This document shows positions 19,093 to 30,472 of a stretch of 61,553 nucleotides of DNA, piece by piece (position 1 is the stretch's first letter; each line of letters begins with the position of its first letter). Under the pieces are notes generated by a model. That model was not told the origin of the DNA and did not search any database. It was given only the letters and a program-made list of their open reading frames with translations. Made by a program: the position numbers and the translations under genes. Location: positions 1 through 61,553 of the forward strand of contig JACOWZ010000003.1 in NCBI GenBank assembly GCA_016176525.1. Reading direction: 5' to 3'. This DNA is from Candidatus Colwellbacteria bacterium (lineage in GTDB: Bacteria > Patescibacteriota > Minisyncoccia > UBA6257 > Colwellbacteraceae).

Positions 19093-20355
19093 ATGAAAGA
19101 CACAGAAAAAATAATCAATTCTGGCAATAACGTGTATGTTGTTGGCATTAAGGGTGCAGGAGTTGCGGGGCTCGCACAATTTTTAAAAGGACGAGGATAC
19201 AAGATTAGCGGCTCGGACACAAAAGAAAAATTTTTTACAGATGCGCTTTTGAAGAAAGCGCACATACCCTACCGCGAGGGGTTTAGCACTAAGAATATTC
19301 CGCACAAAATTGATTGGGTTCTGGCTTCAAACGCATATATCAGCAAAGACTCAGAAAATCCGGAAATAAAAGCACTGCGGCGGCGCAAAATCCCAATATT
19401 CAGCTACCCGGAAGTTTTGAGTTATTTCTTCAACAAAAGCTACGGTATAGCAATAGCGGGTACGCACGGTAAAACCACAACCTCGGCTGCAATCGCACAC
19501 ATTTTAAAAACTGCAGGCATGCGTCCAAGCGCTTTAATCGGCGGAGAAGTTATTAATTGGAAATCAAATACTCTAACCGGCAAGTCTAATATATTTGTAA
19601 TTGAAGCGGACGAATATAAAGACGCGTTTTTAAATTATAGGCCAAACGTAATAGTAATACTAAATACTGACTGGGACCACCCAGATTATTTTAGAACACA
19701 TAAAAAATATCTAATTTCATTTAAAAAGTTTAAAAGAAATCTAAAACCGGGGGGTAGAATATTTGAGCCTAGAAATTTTATAAAGATAAAATTACCTGCA
19801 AATCCCCGTATCGCAGGAGAACACAATAAATACAACTTAAAAGCCGCAGTTGCAGTAACCAAACATTTAGGCGTAAAAAATAATATTATTAAAAAAGCAA
19901 TAGCTAATTTTAAAGGAACGCAACGTAGGTTAGAGGTAGTCGGCAAATTGCGCGGCAACATATTAGTTGATGACTACGCGCACAACTCACAGAAAGTAGA
20001 AGCTTCAATAAATGCTCTGCGAGATGAATACCCGAATAAAGAAATAACTGTGGTTTTTCAGCCGCACACATATACACGCACTGTTCAATTTTTGGAAGAA
20101 TTTGCGAGAGCTCTGATTTTGGCAGACAACATATTCTTGCTTGATATTTATTCTTCGGCACGCGAGAAGAAGGGTAAAATAACAAGTAATGATTTAATGC
20201 GTGAAGTAATAAAACTGGGCAAGCTTGCCGATAATCTAAGGACTGTGTCGGCAGCAGTGCGATTCTTTAAAAAATGGCCGCGTAAAAACCAAGTTATAGT
20301 AGCGATGGGCGCTGGGGATGTTGGCGCGCTTGCACACAAATTAAAAGGGGTCTAG
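19093..20355 (+). CDS. murC: UDP-N-acetylmuramate--L-alanine ligase
   Basis: N-terminal Rossmann VVGIKGAGVAGLAQFL, Mur ligase P-loop GTHGKTTTSA and a C-terminal Mur ligase domain. 420 aa. Confidence 0.85.
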   Translation: MKDTEKIINSGNNVYVVGIKGAGVAGLAQFLKGRGYKISGSDTKEKFFTDALLKKAHIPYREGFSTKNIPHKIDWVLASNAYISKDSENPEIKALRRRKIPIFSYPEVLSYFFNKSYGIAIAGTHGKTTTSAAIAHILKTAGMRPSALIGGEVINWKSNTLTGKSNIFVIEADEYKDAFLNYRPNVIVILNTDWDHPDYFRTHKKYLISFKKFKRNLKPGGRIFEPRNFIKIKLPANPRIAGEHNKYNLKAAVAVTKHLGVKNNIIKKAIANFKGTQRRLEVVGKLRGNILVDDYAHNSQKVEASINALRDEYPNKEITVVFQPHTYTRTVQFLEEFARALILADNIFLLDIYSSAREKKGKITSNDLMREVIKLGKLADNLRTVSAAVRFFKKWPRKNQVIVAMGAGDVGALAHKLKGV

Positions 20356-20392
20356 AATGGGTTTTTTAGCTCATTTACAAGTTAACTTACGA

Positions 20393-20428
20393 CAGCAAAG
20401 AGGAGAATTCCTCTTCTTTTCTTTGCTG
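20393..20428 (+). terminator. Terminator-like hairpin after murC
   Basis: agagga-gaat-tcctct followed by tcttttcttt. An alternative outer stem is cagcaaag/ctttgctg. Confidence 0.4.
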
Positions 20429-20463
20429 CCGTAAGAAATCGGCAGAGTAAAAAGAGGGATAGC

Positions 20464-21096
20464 TTGGAACAGATACAAGTAGAAGTAAGAAATGTAAGTG
20501 AGAGGGCTCTCCTAAAAGAGTTCTCTCGGCAAGCTGAACGACTTACGGCCATCGGCTACGATGCCGCAGATCTAGAACCATTGAGGCAAAAAATCAGCAA
20601 TATGCAGATTCCCATGCGGAAGGGCGGCATTCCATTTGTTATCGCGGTTCCAGCGGTAATCGCCAACCCAAAACTCCAAATGCAAAATCTCATTTTGCTG
20701 AACATCCGAGGTTATGTGCGCCTACCGATTCAAAAAATCGGGTATGCAAACGGGGCAACAGTTCCCAACAAACCCTACCTACTAGTAGACGTTGAACCAG
20801 GGCTAAAAACTTCGGGCATGACTCCCGAAAGATGCACCGAGGTTTTCAAAGACCAAGGACGACTCGGACTTACAGCGGAGGAAGGAATAGCGCTTGCAAC
20901 TCAATTCCCGGAACTTTTCAACGTTCTAGAGGGGGGAAATCCGCGCAAAATCTATCTGCCCGGCGCAACATTCGGACCAGAGAGTACACTCTACGTCTGG
21001 AGGAACGAACAAGGCGAGATTTGGCTCTACTGTGGCTGGACAAGCAAAGTTGAGCCCGGCGGACGTTCTGCCTCCTGCGTAAACCGCATAAGTTAG
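20464..21096 (+). CDS. Hypothetical protein (higher-GC orphan)
   Basis: 210 aa. TTG start after AAGAGGGA. No family recognised. Wedged between convergent murC and murD. Confidence 0.5.
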   Translation: MEQIQVEVRNVSERALLKEFSRQAERLTAIGYDAADLEPLRQKISNMQIPMRKGGIPFVIAVPAVIANPKLQMQNLILLNIRGYVRLPIQKIGYANGATVPNKPYLLVDVEPGLKTSGMTPERCTEVFKDQGRLGLTAEEGIALATQFPELFNVLEGGNPRKIYLPGATFGPESTLYVWRNEQGEIWLYCGWTSKVEPGGRSASCVNRIS

Positions 21097-21111
21097 ACGC
21101 TACCGATATAA

Positions 21112-21144
21112 AGACCCACGCTTTAGCGATGGGTCTATTTTTTA
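21112..21144 (+). terminator. Rho-independent terminator after the 210-aa orphan
   Basis: agaccca-cgctttagcga-tgggtct followed by attttttat. Overlaps the murD 3' end. Confidence 0.45.
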
Positions 21145-22364
21145 TATTTTTTTACGTATTTTTTAAACAAATCACCTTTTTCTTCAAAGTTCTTCCATAC
21201 TGAATAGCTGGGCGAGGCGCAAGATAGCATGCATACAAAACCCCTTGGAGTATGCGCATATCCAAACTCAACAGCAGTTTCCATATCTCTGGTTTCTAGA
21301 ATATTCCAATCGTTGCCGAGACGGGTAAGCTCTTCTAAAATTCTAGCACCGCTATCCGGGAAAAGAACCACGTTTCTTATGCCGCTAAACCTAACTTTCT
21401 CCGCAAGCTTAGAGAAATCATATCCCCTATCTGTGCCGCCCAAAAAAATTGTGCCTACATTAGGTATTGAATTTAATGCCTCAATTGTAGACTCCGGCGT
21501 TGTTGAAATAGCATCATCATAAAAAGTAATGCCTTTATGTGTTCCTACAAATTCCAAGCGATGCGGCAATGGCTTAAAATTCTTAACTGCTTTTTCTATA
21601 GTTTTAGTAGGAATTTTAAAGATACTCGCAATAGTCACCGCGGCTTTTATGTTCTCTATATTATGCTGGCCTACAAGAGGCAAACCCTCTTCCGAAAAAG
21701 GCAGCTTTTCTATATATGGCACTGGTTTTGCATTAGTTTTTTTAGCAAGTTCTATAAGCTCTGGATAGCCTGGATTGTAAACAAAGTAGTCGTCCACGCT
21801 TGCAAACTGTAAAATTCTTTTCTTCGCCGCTTTATATTCTGTAAACCCGCCGTGGTAATCCATATGCTCCGGAAATAAGTTTAAAACCGCAGCAATATGA
21901 GGCGAATATTCTATATCAGACAACTGATAGCTAGAGAGCTCAAAAACATATATAGCTTCTTTAGTTTTTGGTTTTATTAGCTCCATCGTAGCTGGCTTGC
22001 CAATATTGCCTACAAGGTAAGCATCAAAACCTGCAACTTTTAATATGTTATAGGTCAACGAGGCGACTGTACTCTTGCCTTTTGTGCCAGTGATGCCGAC
22101 GATTGGCCCATTAGCATTTGCAAAAAATATATTTGTCGGAGTGGTATACTTCGCCGATACCAGTTTTTGCGGAATTCCGGGAGATTTTATAACCAAATCA
22201 TAATCATTTTGCTTTAGCAAATAATCCGGGTCGTCTTTTTGGTCGGCAATGCCTATTTTAGAATCAGGACAATATTTTTCCAAGAATTTGTGCACTGCCT
22301 TGCCCTCTAGGCCATAACCCAAAATTAAAATCCTTTTATATTTCTTTAATTCTTTTAAATTCAT
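21135..22364 (-). CDS. murD: UDP-N-acetylmuramoylalanine--glutamate ligase (MurD family)
   Basis: N-terminal ILILGYGLEGKAV, P-loop GITGTKGKSTV and Mur ligase middle and C-terminal domains. 409 aa. Confidence 0.85.
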   Translation of the reverse strand: MNLKELKKYKRILILGYGLEGKAVHKFLEKYCPDSKIGIADQKDDPDYLLKQNDYDLVIKSPGIPQKLVSAKYTTPTNIFFANANGPIVGITGTKGKSTVASLTYNILKVAGFDAYLVGNIGKPATMELIKPKTKEAIYVFELSSYQLSDIEYSPHIAAVLNLFPEHMDYHGGFTEYKAAKKRILQFASVDDYFVYNPGYPELIELAKKTNAKPVPYIEKLPFSEEGLPLVGQHNIENIKAAVTIASIFKIPTKTIEKAVKNFKPLPHRLEFVGTHKGITFYDDAISTTPESTIEALNSIPNVGTIFLGGTDRGYDFSKLAEKVRFSGIRNVVLFPDSGARILEELTRLGNDWNILETRDMETAVEFGYAHTPRGFVCMLSCASPSYSVWKNFEEKGDLFKKYVKKYKK

Positions 22365-23715
22365 ATGGTCTTAAATGTTCACTAGAAACTCCAGTAATTT
22401 CTTTCTCTTGAATCTTGCTAAGCGGCTTTAAAAATCGGGGTTCTTTAAGCAACGCTTTTATAACCGCGTCATTAGCATAATGCCCCGACTCCACCGCCTT
22501 ATGCAAGGCAAATTTTACCTCCTCGGGAGCGCCAACACACTCAAACGGCTTAAACCTAGATATTCCCAAAAGTTCTTTGTAGAGAGGCACAAGTGTGCGG
22601 TCTGCAAGCAGATTCTTACCGAATATAGAAACGAGCTTATTTTTGGAGACAAAAGGAATAAGTATTGTAAAAACAAACGCACATTTAGGGCAAACCCCAC
22701 ACCAATTAAGCTTCCCAGTTTGCTCCCAAATTTTAATCGCGCGATTGCAGCTAGAGAATTTGCGCAGATATTTTGTATATTTGCTAAAAATCTCGGCAAT
22801 TTTAATTTCGTAAAGCGACCGTAAGAGAGAAAAATATGTAATGCCAGGGTTGATATATTTAGATGCATAATTCTGCATTATTCTTTCAAACTCTATAGAC
22901 TTGCTCCATTGGTGGTTTGCTTCTTCGCCTAAATATTTAACATTGCCGTAATTAGAGCTTCTCTCGTTAGAGGCTATAACATATCTAAGCCCGTATAAAA
23001 TAGCAGTGAGTTCGCCAACAAATGCAAACACAGCAGATACCGGAACGTGGCCGTTGTAAACATCTTTGCGAGTGTTTAACGCTGTAAGCTGAGGATCTAA
23101 TTGGCGCAGAACAATCATAGATTTAGGCGGTGCAATTTTTTTAGCAAGCTTAAGCCGTGCGGTAGGAACCACGATAAGTGGAGTAAAATTAAATTTGTGT
23201 TTTTTTAAAAGCTCTAGAGAAACAAGAGAGTCTTTGCCGCCGCCGAACAACAACAATGACTTGTTGCTAGTGTGTAGTTTGTAGTGAGTAGTGCGTGGTC
23301 TCCGTGCAGAAACGGGAAAATTTATAAGCCCGCGAAAGTCTATTCTGTTCTGATAGAAAAATTCGCCGAGGCCGAGTTTATAAACTTTATCCCAGAATTT
23401 TGCCTGCTCGGGCGTTAGCGAGTAATCTGCAATTTCAATTCTTTTTGGACAAAAGGTTTTCCAATAGCTTATGCCCAGAATCAGATGCAAGGATTTTACC
23501 GCTGCATCCAATGCTTTTTTATCTACCTTGCTCCACTGAATTTTCTTTGGGAAAACCAGTTCTTCTATAAAAGTAAATTGTTCGTCAAACTTGTCTAAGG
23601 AATATATAAACTTAAAAGAATTAGACTTTTTATCTATCGTGTAATCCTTAAATGTAAAGATGGTATTTACCGCACGGCTTTCCATAGCTTGGCTTGAATT
23701 ATAGATTAAATGCAC
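22336..23715 (-). CDS. PP-loop ATPase-like protein, candidate UDP-MurNAc-L-Ala-L-Glu epimerase (MurL-like)
   Basis: 459 aa. PP-loop-like LLLFGGGKDSLVSLELL and a CxxC pair CGVCPKC. Overlaps the murD start by 29 nt. The MurL assignment is inferred from size, ATP-motif and murD linkage only. Confidence 0.45.
   Translation of the reverse strand: MHLIYNSSQAMESRAVNTIFTFKDYTIDKKSNSFKFIYSLDKFDEQFTFIEELVFPKKIQWSKVDKKALDAAVKSLHLILGISYWKTFCPKRIEIADYSLTPEQAKFWDKVYKLGLGEFFYQNRIDFRGLINFPVSARRPRTTHYKLHTSNKSLLLFGGGKDSLVSLELLKKHKFNFTPLIVVPTARLKLAKKIAPPKSMIVLRQLDPQLTALNTRKDVYNGHVPVSAVFAFVGELTAILYGLRYVIASNERSSNYGNVKYLGEEANHQWSKSIEFERIMQNYASKYINPGITYFSLLRSLYEIKIAEIFSKYTKYLRKFSSCNRAIKIWEQTGKLNWCGVCPKCAFVFTILIPFVSKNKLVSIFGKNLLADRTLVPLYKELLGISRFKPFECVGAPEEVKFALHKAVESGHYANDAVIKALLKEPRFLKPLSKIQEKEITGVSSEHLRPYEFKRIKEI
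23268..23295. repeat. Heptamer array TAGTKKG x4 inside the MurL-like gene
   Basis: tagtgtg tagtttg tagtgag tagtgcg. Encodes RTTHYKLHTS on the minus strand. Confidence 0.8.
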
Positions 23716-23739
23716 GTTATAATGAAGCGCGTGTGAAAT

Positions 23740-23815
23740 GCGGTCGTGGTGTAGCCCGGTCCAACACGCCTCCCTGTCACGGAGGAGATCGCCGGTTCAA
23801 ATCCGGTCGACCGCG
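23740..23815 (+). tRNA. tRNA-Asp (GTC)
   Basis: Acceptor GCGGTCG/CGACCGC, anticodon arm CCTCC-CTGTCAC-GGAGG, T-loop GGTTCAAATCC. Confidence 0.9.
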
Positions 23816-23830
23816 CAAAGAACTAAAATT

Positions 23831-23858
23831 ACCTACTTATGTAGGTGATTTTTGTTTT
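23831..23858 (+). terminator. Terminator after tRNA-Asp
   Basis: acctac-ttat-gtaggt followed by gatttttgtttt. Confidence 0.5.
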
Positions 23859-23900
23859 GTAACGAAAACGGATTTGAACCGTGGAAAGGGGTCGGGAAAA

Positions 23901-24287
23901 CTAGTTTTCTTTCAAGTGTTTTTTAACAATCCCTACAAACTCTTTTAAATCCCCTCCCTTCTTCCAAAAATCTACCGCGCCTATCTCTTTAGCGAGTTTT
24001 TCGTCCTCCGCGGGTTTAATCTTCTCGCCAAAAGACGTAATAAAGATAACTTTAATATCCTTTGTCTCGGGGTTCTCTCTAAGTTTCATAAACGCCTCAA
24101 CGCCGTCAATATTCGGCATGTTTACATCCATTAAGATAAGATCTGGTTTCCTGTTCTTACAAAGCCCTATAGCCTCCGAGCCGTCTTTTGCTGTTATAAC
24201 CGAATACCCCTCCTTTTCAAGGCATTTTTTATAAACCTCTATAAAACCCGGTTCGTCATCAGCTATTAAAATAATATGCGCAGCCAT
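23901..24287 (-). CDS. Stand-alone response regulator receiver domain (CheY-like)
   Basis: 128 aa. ILIADDE, phospho-acceptor context DLILMDVNMP and a conserved K in FITSFGEK. No output domain. Confidence 0.8.
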   Translation of the reverse strand: MAAHIILIADDEPGFIEVYKKCLEKEGYSVITAKDGSEAIGLCKNRKPDLILMDVNMPNIDGVEAFMKLRENPETKDIKVIFITSFGEKIKPAEDEKLAKEIGAVDFWKKGGDLKEFVGIVKKHLKEN

Positions 24288-24299
24288 GTTAGGTATTAT

Positions 24300-24335
24300 A
24301 ACAAAAAGACCCGATCTCTTATCACGAGACGGGTC
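24300..24335 (-). terminator. Rho-independent terminator after the gnd-like gene
   Basis: On the minus strand: GACCCGTCTC-gtgataa-GAGATCGGGTC followed by TTTTTGTT. Confidence 0.55.
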
Positions 24336-24346
24336 GAATATGTATG

Positions 24347-25264
24347 CTAGACAACTCTCTTTGATGCGGTGTCTTTAGTGTGGCCGCCGAAGTACTTGCG
24401 AAGGGCGTTGATAACGTTAGCATCAAAGCCGGGTTTCGTGCGCGAACGCGCACGCATCTCAACTGCGGCCTTGAGGAGCGGCGCGGGATATTGCGCCATA
24501 AATTTCTCCATCTCGCCCTCTGTCTCGCCATAGGGCACTTTGTCGCCGAAAGACTTGAGTCCTGGGTCGTCCTTCCAAGCAGCTGAAAGCCACTCGGTTA
24601 CAAGACGTCCGGCAACAATACTGCCGTGGCCCCAAGCTTTGATTACCTCGCCTAGATCTGTATTGAACTCCTTGGCGTCGCGTACAGCTTGAAGCCCTTC
24701 GGCGATACCTGCCATCATCACATATTCAACCCAGTTGTGGATTGCCTTAACGCGATGCCCACTACCGGAGAATCCCATATAGCCGTAGCCATTCTCTACG
24801 CATATGTCGCAAAAGAGCGGCTCCAACCGTTCAAAGATTTCACGAGGACCACCGATCATCATAGAAGCGCCATTGCGTGCGCCAGATAGGCCGCCGGAAA
24901 CGCCGACATCCATAAAATGAATACCGAGCGATTCACATTCCTTCGCGCGACGGATGCTGTCTTCATACCAGGTGTTGCCGCCATCAATAATCACATCACC
25001 CTGCGCGAGAAGAGGCTTTAACTTGTGAAGCGTCTCCTCTAAATGACTGCTCGGGATCATAAGCCAAACGAGGCGAGGAGGCGTAAGTTTGGAAACAAAA
25101 TCTTCAAAAGAATTTGCTCCAATCGCGCCACTATCAACCGCGTCTTTCATCGCATCTGGGTTCACGTCGTAGACGTGGACCTTGTGCCCCTTTTCAACGA
25201 GGCGAAGCGCCATCGCGCCGCCCATTCTTCCAGTTCCTATAAGTCCGATTTGCATGTCTTGCAT
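24347..25264 (-). CDS. gnd: 6-phosphogluconate dehydrogenase, short (about 300 aa) decarboxylating type (higher-GC)
   Basis: IGLIGTGRMGGAMALRL Rossmann motif, GDVIIDGGNTWYEDS and MDVGVSGGLSGARNGASMMIGG. Confidence 0.8.
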   Translation of the reverse strand: MQDMQIGLIGTGRMGGAMALRLVEKGHKVHVYDVNPDAMKDAVDSGAIGANSFEDFVSKLTPPRLVWLMIPSSHLEETLHKLKPLLAQGDVIIDGGNTWYEDSIRRAKECESLGIHFMDVGVSGGLSGARNGASMMIGGPREIFERLEPLFCDICVENGYGYMGFSGSGHRVKAIHNWVEYVMMAGIAEGLQAVRDAKEFNTDLGEVIKAWGHGSIVAGRLVTEWLSAAWKDDPGLKSFGDKVPYGETEGEMEKFMAQYPAPLLKAAVEMRARSRTKPGFDANVINALRKYFGGHTKDTASKRVV

Positions 25265-25334
25265 TTTAACACCTTAAACTAAGGTTAAACAACTTCGGCC
25301 TTTATAACACGTATATGTAAGTTTTGTAAAATCT

Positions 25335-26738
25335 TTAATCTAAACTTTCGTAAAATCTGCCCATACTAAGAATATCTGCTTCGCGCCATTTTTTGCCAAT
25401 TAACTGAAACCCGACGGGTAGTTTACCATCGCGCCCCTTTACAGGAATTGAAACACCCGGCAAACCAGCAAGGTTCGCTGGGATTGTATATATATCGGAC
25501 AAATACATTTGCAATGGGTCTTTGGTTTTCTCTCCGAGTTTAAATGGCAGTGTAGGTGTTGTAGGGGCAATAACCATATCAACTTCTCCAAAGACTTTAT
25601 CAAAATCATTGCTTATAAGCGTGCGAACTTTTTGCGCTTTTGTATAATAAGCGTCGTAATAGCCGGCCGAGAGCACAAAAGTCCCCAAAATAACTCTCCT
25701 TTTAGTTTCTGCGCCAAATCCAACACCCTTGTTCTTTTTATACAATTCAAACAAATTATCTGCGCTTTGCCTCTCTCCATAACGAATGCCGTCGTAGCGG
25801 GCGAGGTTTGTGCTCACTTCCGCTGGCATTATTATGTAATAAACCGAGAGCGCATATCTTGTGTGCGGCAAGCTAATACTCTTAAACTTAATGCCGGCAG
25901 ATTTTAAGGCGGCTATAACCTTTTGCACTTCATCTCCTACTTCGCTATCTAGGCCTTCCGCAAAATATTCTTTAGGAATTCCAACTCTAAGATTCTTTAT
26001 TTTGTTTCTTCCATTGGTATAATCAGTGTGATGCGAGGTTGCGTCTAATTCATCTTTACCCACAATTGCCTTAAACAAAATCTCTGTGTCCTCAACTGTT
26101 TTTGCAAACGGACCTATTTGGTCTAAAGACGAGGCCATTGCAATCAAGCCATAGCGCGAAACCGCCCCATATGTTGGCTTTAGCCCAACCACACCGCAAA
26201 ATGCAGCTGGCTGGCGGATTGAGCCGCCGGTGTCTGAACCTAGCGCACCAAGCGCCATATCTGCGGCAACGGCAGCTGCAGAGCCACCGGACGAACCACC
26301 GGGAACACGGATAATGTCATGCGGATTCTTTGTGGGCCCATAAGCAGAGTTTTCGGTTGAACTCCCCATAGCAAACTCGTCTAAGTTAGTTTTGCCTAAA
26401 AATATTGCGCCCTCTTCGCGCAGTTTTGAGATTACAGTTGCATCATATGCAGCGGAGTATTTTTCTAAGATTCTAGATGCTGCTGTTGCTGGTTCTCCAG
26501 AAATTAAGATGTTGTCTTTTATCGCAAGCGGAATACCGGCGAGAATACCAAGTTTCTCGCCTTTTGCAATACGCGCGTCTATAACCTTTGCAGTTTGAAG
26601 CGCGCTATCTTTATTTAAGCTTAAAAAAGCGTGGATATCTTTATCTTTGGCATGAATAGTTCTGTAAAACCCACCTATAGCTTCTACTGCAGAGAACTTT
26701 TTATCAACGAGACCTTCGTGAAAACCCTTTATCGTCAT
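25335..26738 (-). CDS. gatA: Glu-tRNA(Gln) amidotransferase subunit A
   Basis: Amidase signature GGSSGGSAAAVAA and GSDTGGSIRQPAAFCG. 467 aa. Confidence 0.93.
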   Translation of the reverse strand: MTIKGFHEGLVDKKFSAVEAIGGFYRTIHAKDKDIHAFLSLNKDSALQTAKVIDARIAKGEKLGILAGIPLAIKDNILISGEPATAASRILEKYSAAYDATVISKLREEGAIFLGKTNLDEFAMGSSTENSAYGPTKNPHDIIRVPGGSSGGSAAAVAADMALGALGSDTGGSIRQPAAFCGVVGLKPTYGAVSRYGLIAMASSLDQIGPFAKTVEDTEILFKAIVGKDELDATSHHTDYTNGRNKIKNLRVGIPKEYFAEGLDSEVGDEVQKVIAALKSAGIKFKSISLPHTRYALSVYYIIMPAEVSTNLARYDGIRYGERQSADNLFELYKKNKGVGFGAETKRRVILGTFVLSAGYYDAYYTKAQKVRTLISNDFDKVFGEVDMVIAPTTPTLPFKLGEKTKDPLQMYLSDIYTIPANLAGLPGVSIPVKGRDGKLPVGFQLIGKKWREADILSMGRFYESLD

Positions 26739-27016
26739 AGAACTTTAGGTACTTTTAAAAGTCCGTCTTTTGTGTCTGGAAACGCTTTTGTAGCCGCATT
26801 ATTTAGTTCGGGGAATCTTTCTTTAGCTTCATCTTTACGGAATACATTCGTAAGCTCTGTCCCCCCGGCCATTGGCACAACATTTTCTGTATCTAGTTCC
26901 TGTAATTCTTTAAAATGGTCAAGAATTTTACCAAGTTCGCCACTAAACCGTCTCTTTTCTTCTTCAGACAACTCTACACGAGCAAGTTTAGCTAAATATT
27001 CAACATTAATATCCAT
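26735..27016 (-). CDS. gatC: Glu-tRNA(Gln) amidotransferase subunit C
   Basis: 93 aa. LAKLARVELSEEE start, directly upstream of and overlapping gatA. Confidence 0.85.
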   Translation of the reverse strand: MDINVEYLAKLARVELSEEEKRRFSGELGKILDHFKELQELDTENVVPMAGGTELTNVFRKDEAKERFPELNNAATKAFPDTKDGLLKVPKVL

Positions 27017-27031
27017 AGGGTTATTTTATCA

Positions 27032-27061
27032 CAAAAAATAAAAACCCGACTAAATGTCGGG
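27032..27061 (-). terminator. Rho-independent terminator of the 143-aa orphan
   Basis: On the minus strand: CCCGAC-attta-GTCGGG followed by TTTTTATTTTTT. The stop codon lies in the hairpin. Confidence 0.55.
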
Positions 27062-27481
27062 GTTGGGCTTGGCGTTCCACCGCCTACCGCATCCGCCTTG
27101 TGCTTCTGGGCAAAAATCCGGATCTTCGTCGGCATCAACTCTGATCTCCATATCGCAGAGCTCGTGCTTCTTCGTCACGATAGCACGAGGAACATATTCG
27201 AAATGGACCTCAAGAACAAGTTTGCCGCGCTGGCCCCTGTAGATATTGAACTCTATGCCCAGATCAATTTTCTCGTCCAGCCACCTTTTAGTACTGAATT
27301 CCAAGTGCGGCTCAAAAAATTTATCGACCATTCTTAAGCCATACTGCTTGGTCTTTTTATCCAAGCGAATAAAGTCACGCCCCAACTCTTCGGAGCGGCT
27401 AACTTCAACAAGAATCCGCTTCCAGAGGGTTTCCGGCTTATTTGGTTTAGGTTGTGCTTCTGTTTCTAGTGTTTCTTCCAC
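27050..27481 (-). CDS. Hypothetical protein (higher-GC orphan)
   Basis: 143 aa. GTG start after AAGGAG. No recognised motif. Sits between ligA and gatC. Confidence 0.5.
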   Translation of the reverse strand: MEETLETEAQPKPNKPETLWKRILVEVSRSEELGRDFIRLDKKTKQYGLRMVDKFFEPHLEFSTKRWLDEKIDLGIEFNIYRGQRGKLVLEVHFEYVPRAIVTKKHELCDMEIRVDADEDPDFCPEAQGGCGRRWNAKPNPDI

Positions 27482-27526
27482 TTAGAGCCACGCTCCTTGT
27501 GATGAACTGCCCCTAGAATAAAATAG

Positions 27527-29914
<2,388 letters not shown>

Positions 29915-29925
<11 letters not shown>

Positions 29926-30472
29926 CTTCTCTAAGATTTCTGGTGCTTATTGTAGTTTGCAAATTCGCATCTATCTCCAAGATACTTACAACTTGTGTAC
30001 CTATTGTAACCCGTACCGGCCAATTCTCTGCAGGATCTAAGCCTTTATAGAAAAAGTCCAGCTTTTCTATACTTACATTATCTGCTGTAATTGGAATAAA
30101 CCTTGCAGCCGGCGCCGATAAGCACTCTCTTTCGGATCCAACGCATTTTGTTATTGAGTTATCTAGCAGTTTATATGCAACCCATTCGTTCTTAAAATTC
30201 TGGAAATGTAAAACATTAGAAGTGGACTCTTCAAAATCTGTGCCGGTGCGCACTTCGCGGGCAATCTGCTCCAGAGCCTGTACGGTGTTGTTGTTGGCAT
30301 CAACTAAAGTAGAAAGCTGCCTTTGTACTTTAATTGACTCTACAAAAGAAGCAGAGGCAATAGATATTATTATTATAAATAGCGAACCTGCAATGATTAG
30401 CTCAACAATCGTAAACCCACTTCTATTTTTATTCTTCTTGCTCATAATACTGATTCTTCTTCTTGTCTCCAA
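29915..30472 (-). CDS. Type IV minor pilin-like protein
   Basis: Prepilin N-terminus RSGFTIVELIIAGSLFIII (G|FTxxE). Confidence 0.6.

Noticed and set aside
19020-19265. 81-aa minus-strand ORF spanning the MFS/murC intergenic region
   Set aside because: It overlaps the 5' ends of two well-supported divergent genes and has no motif.
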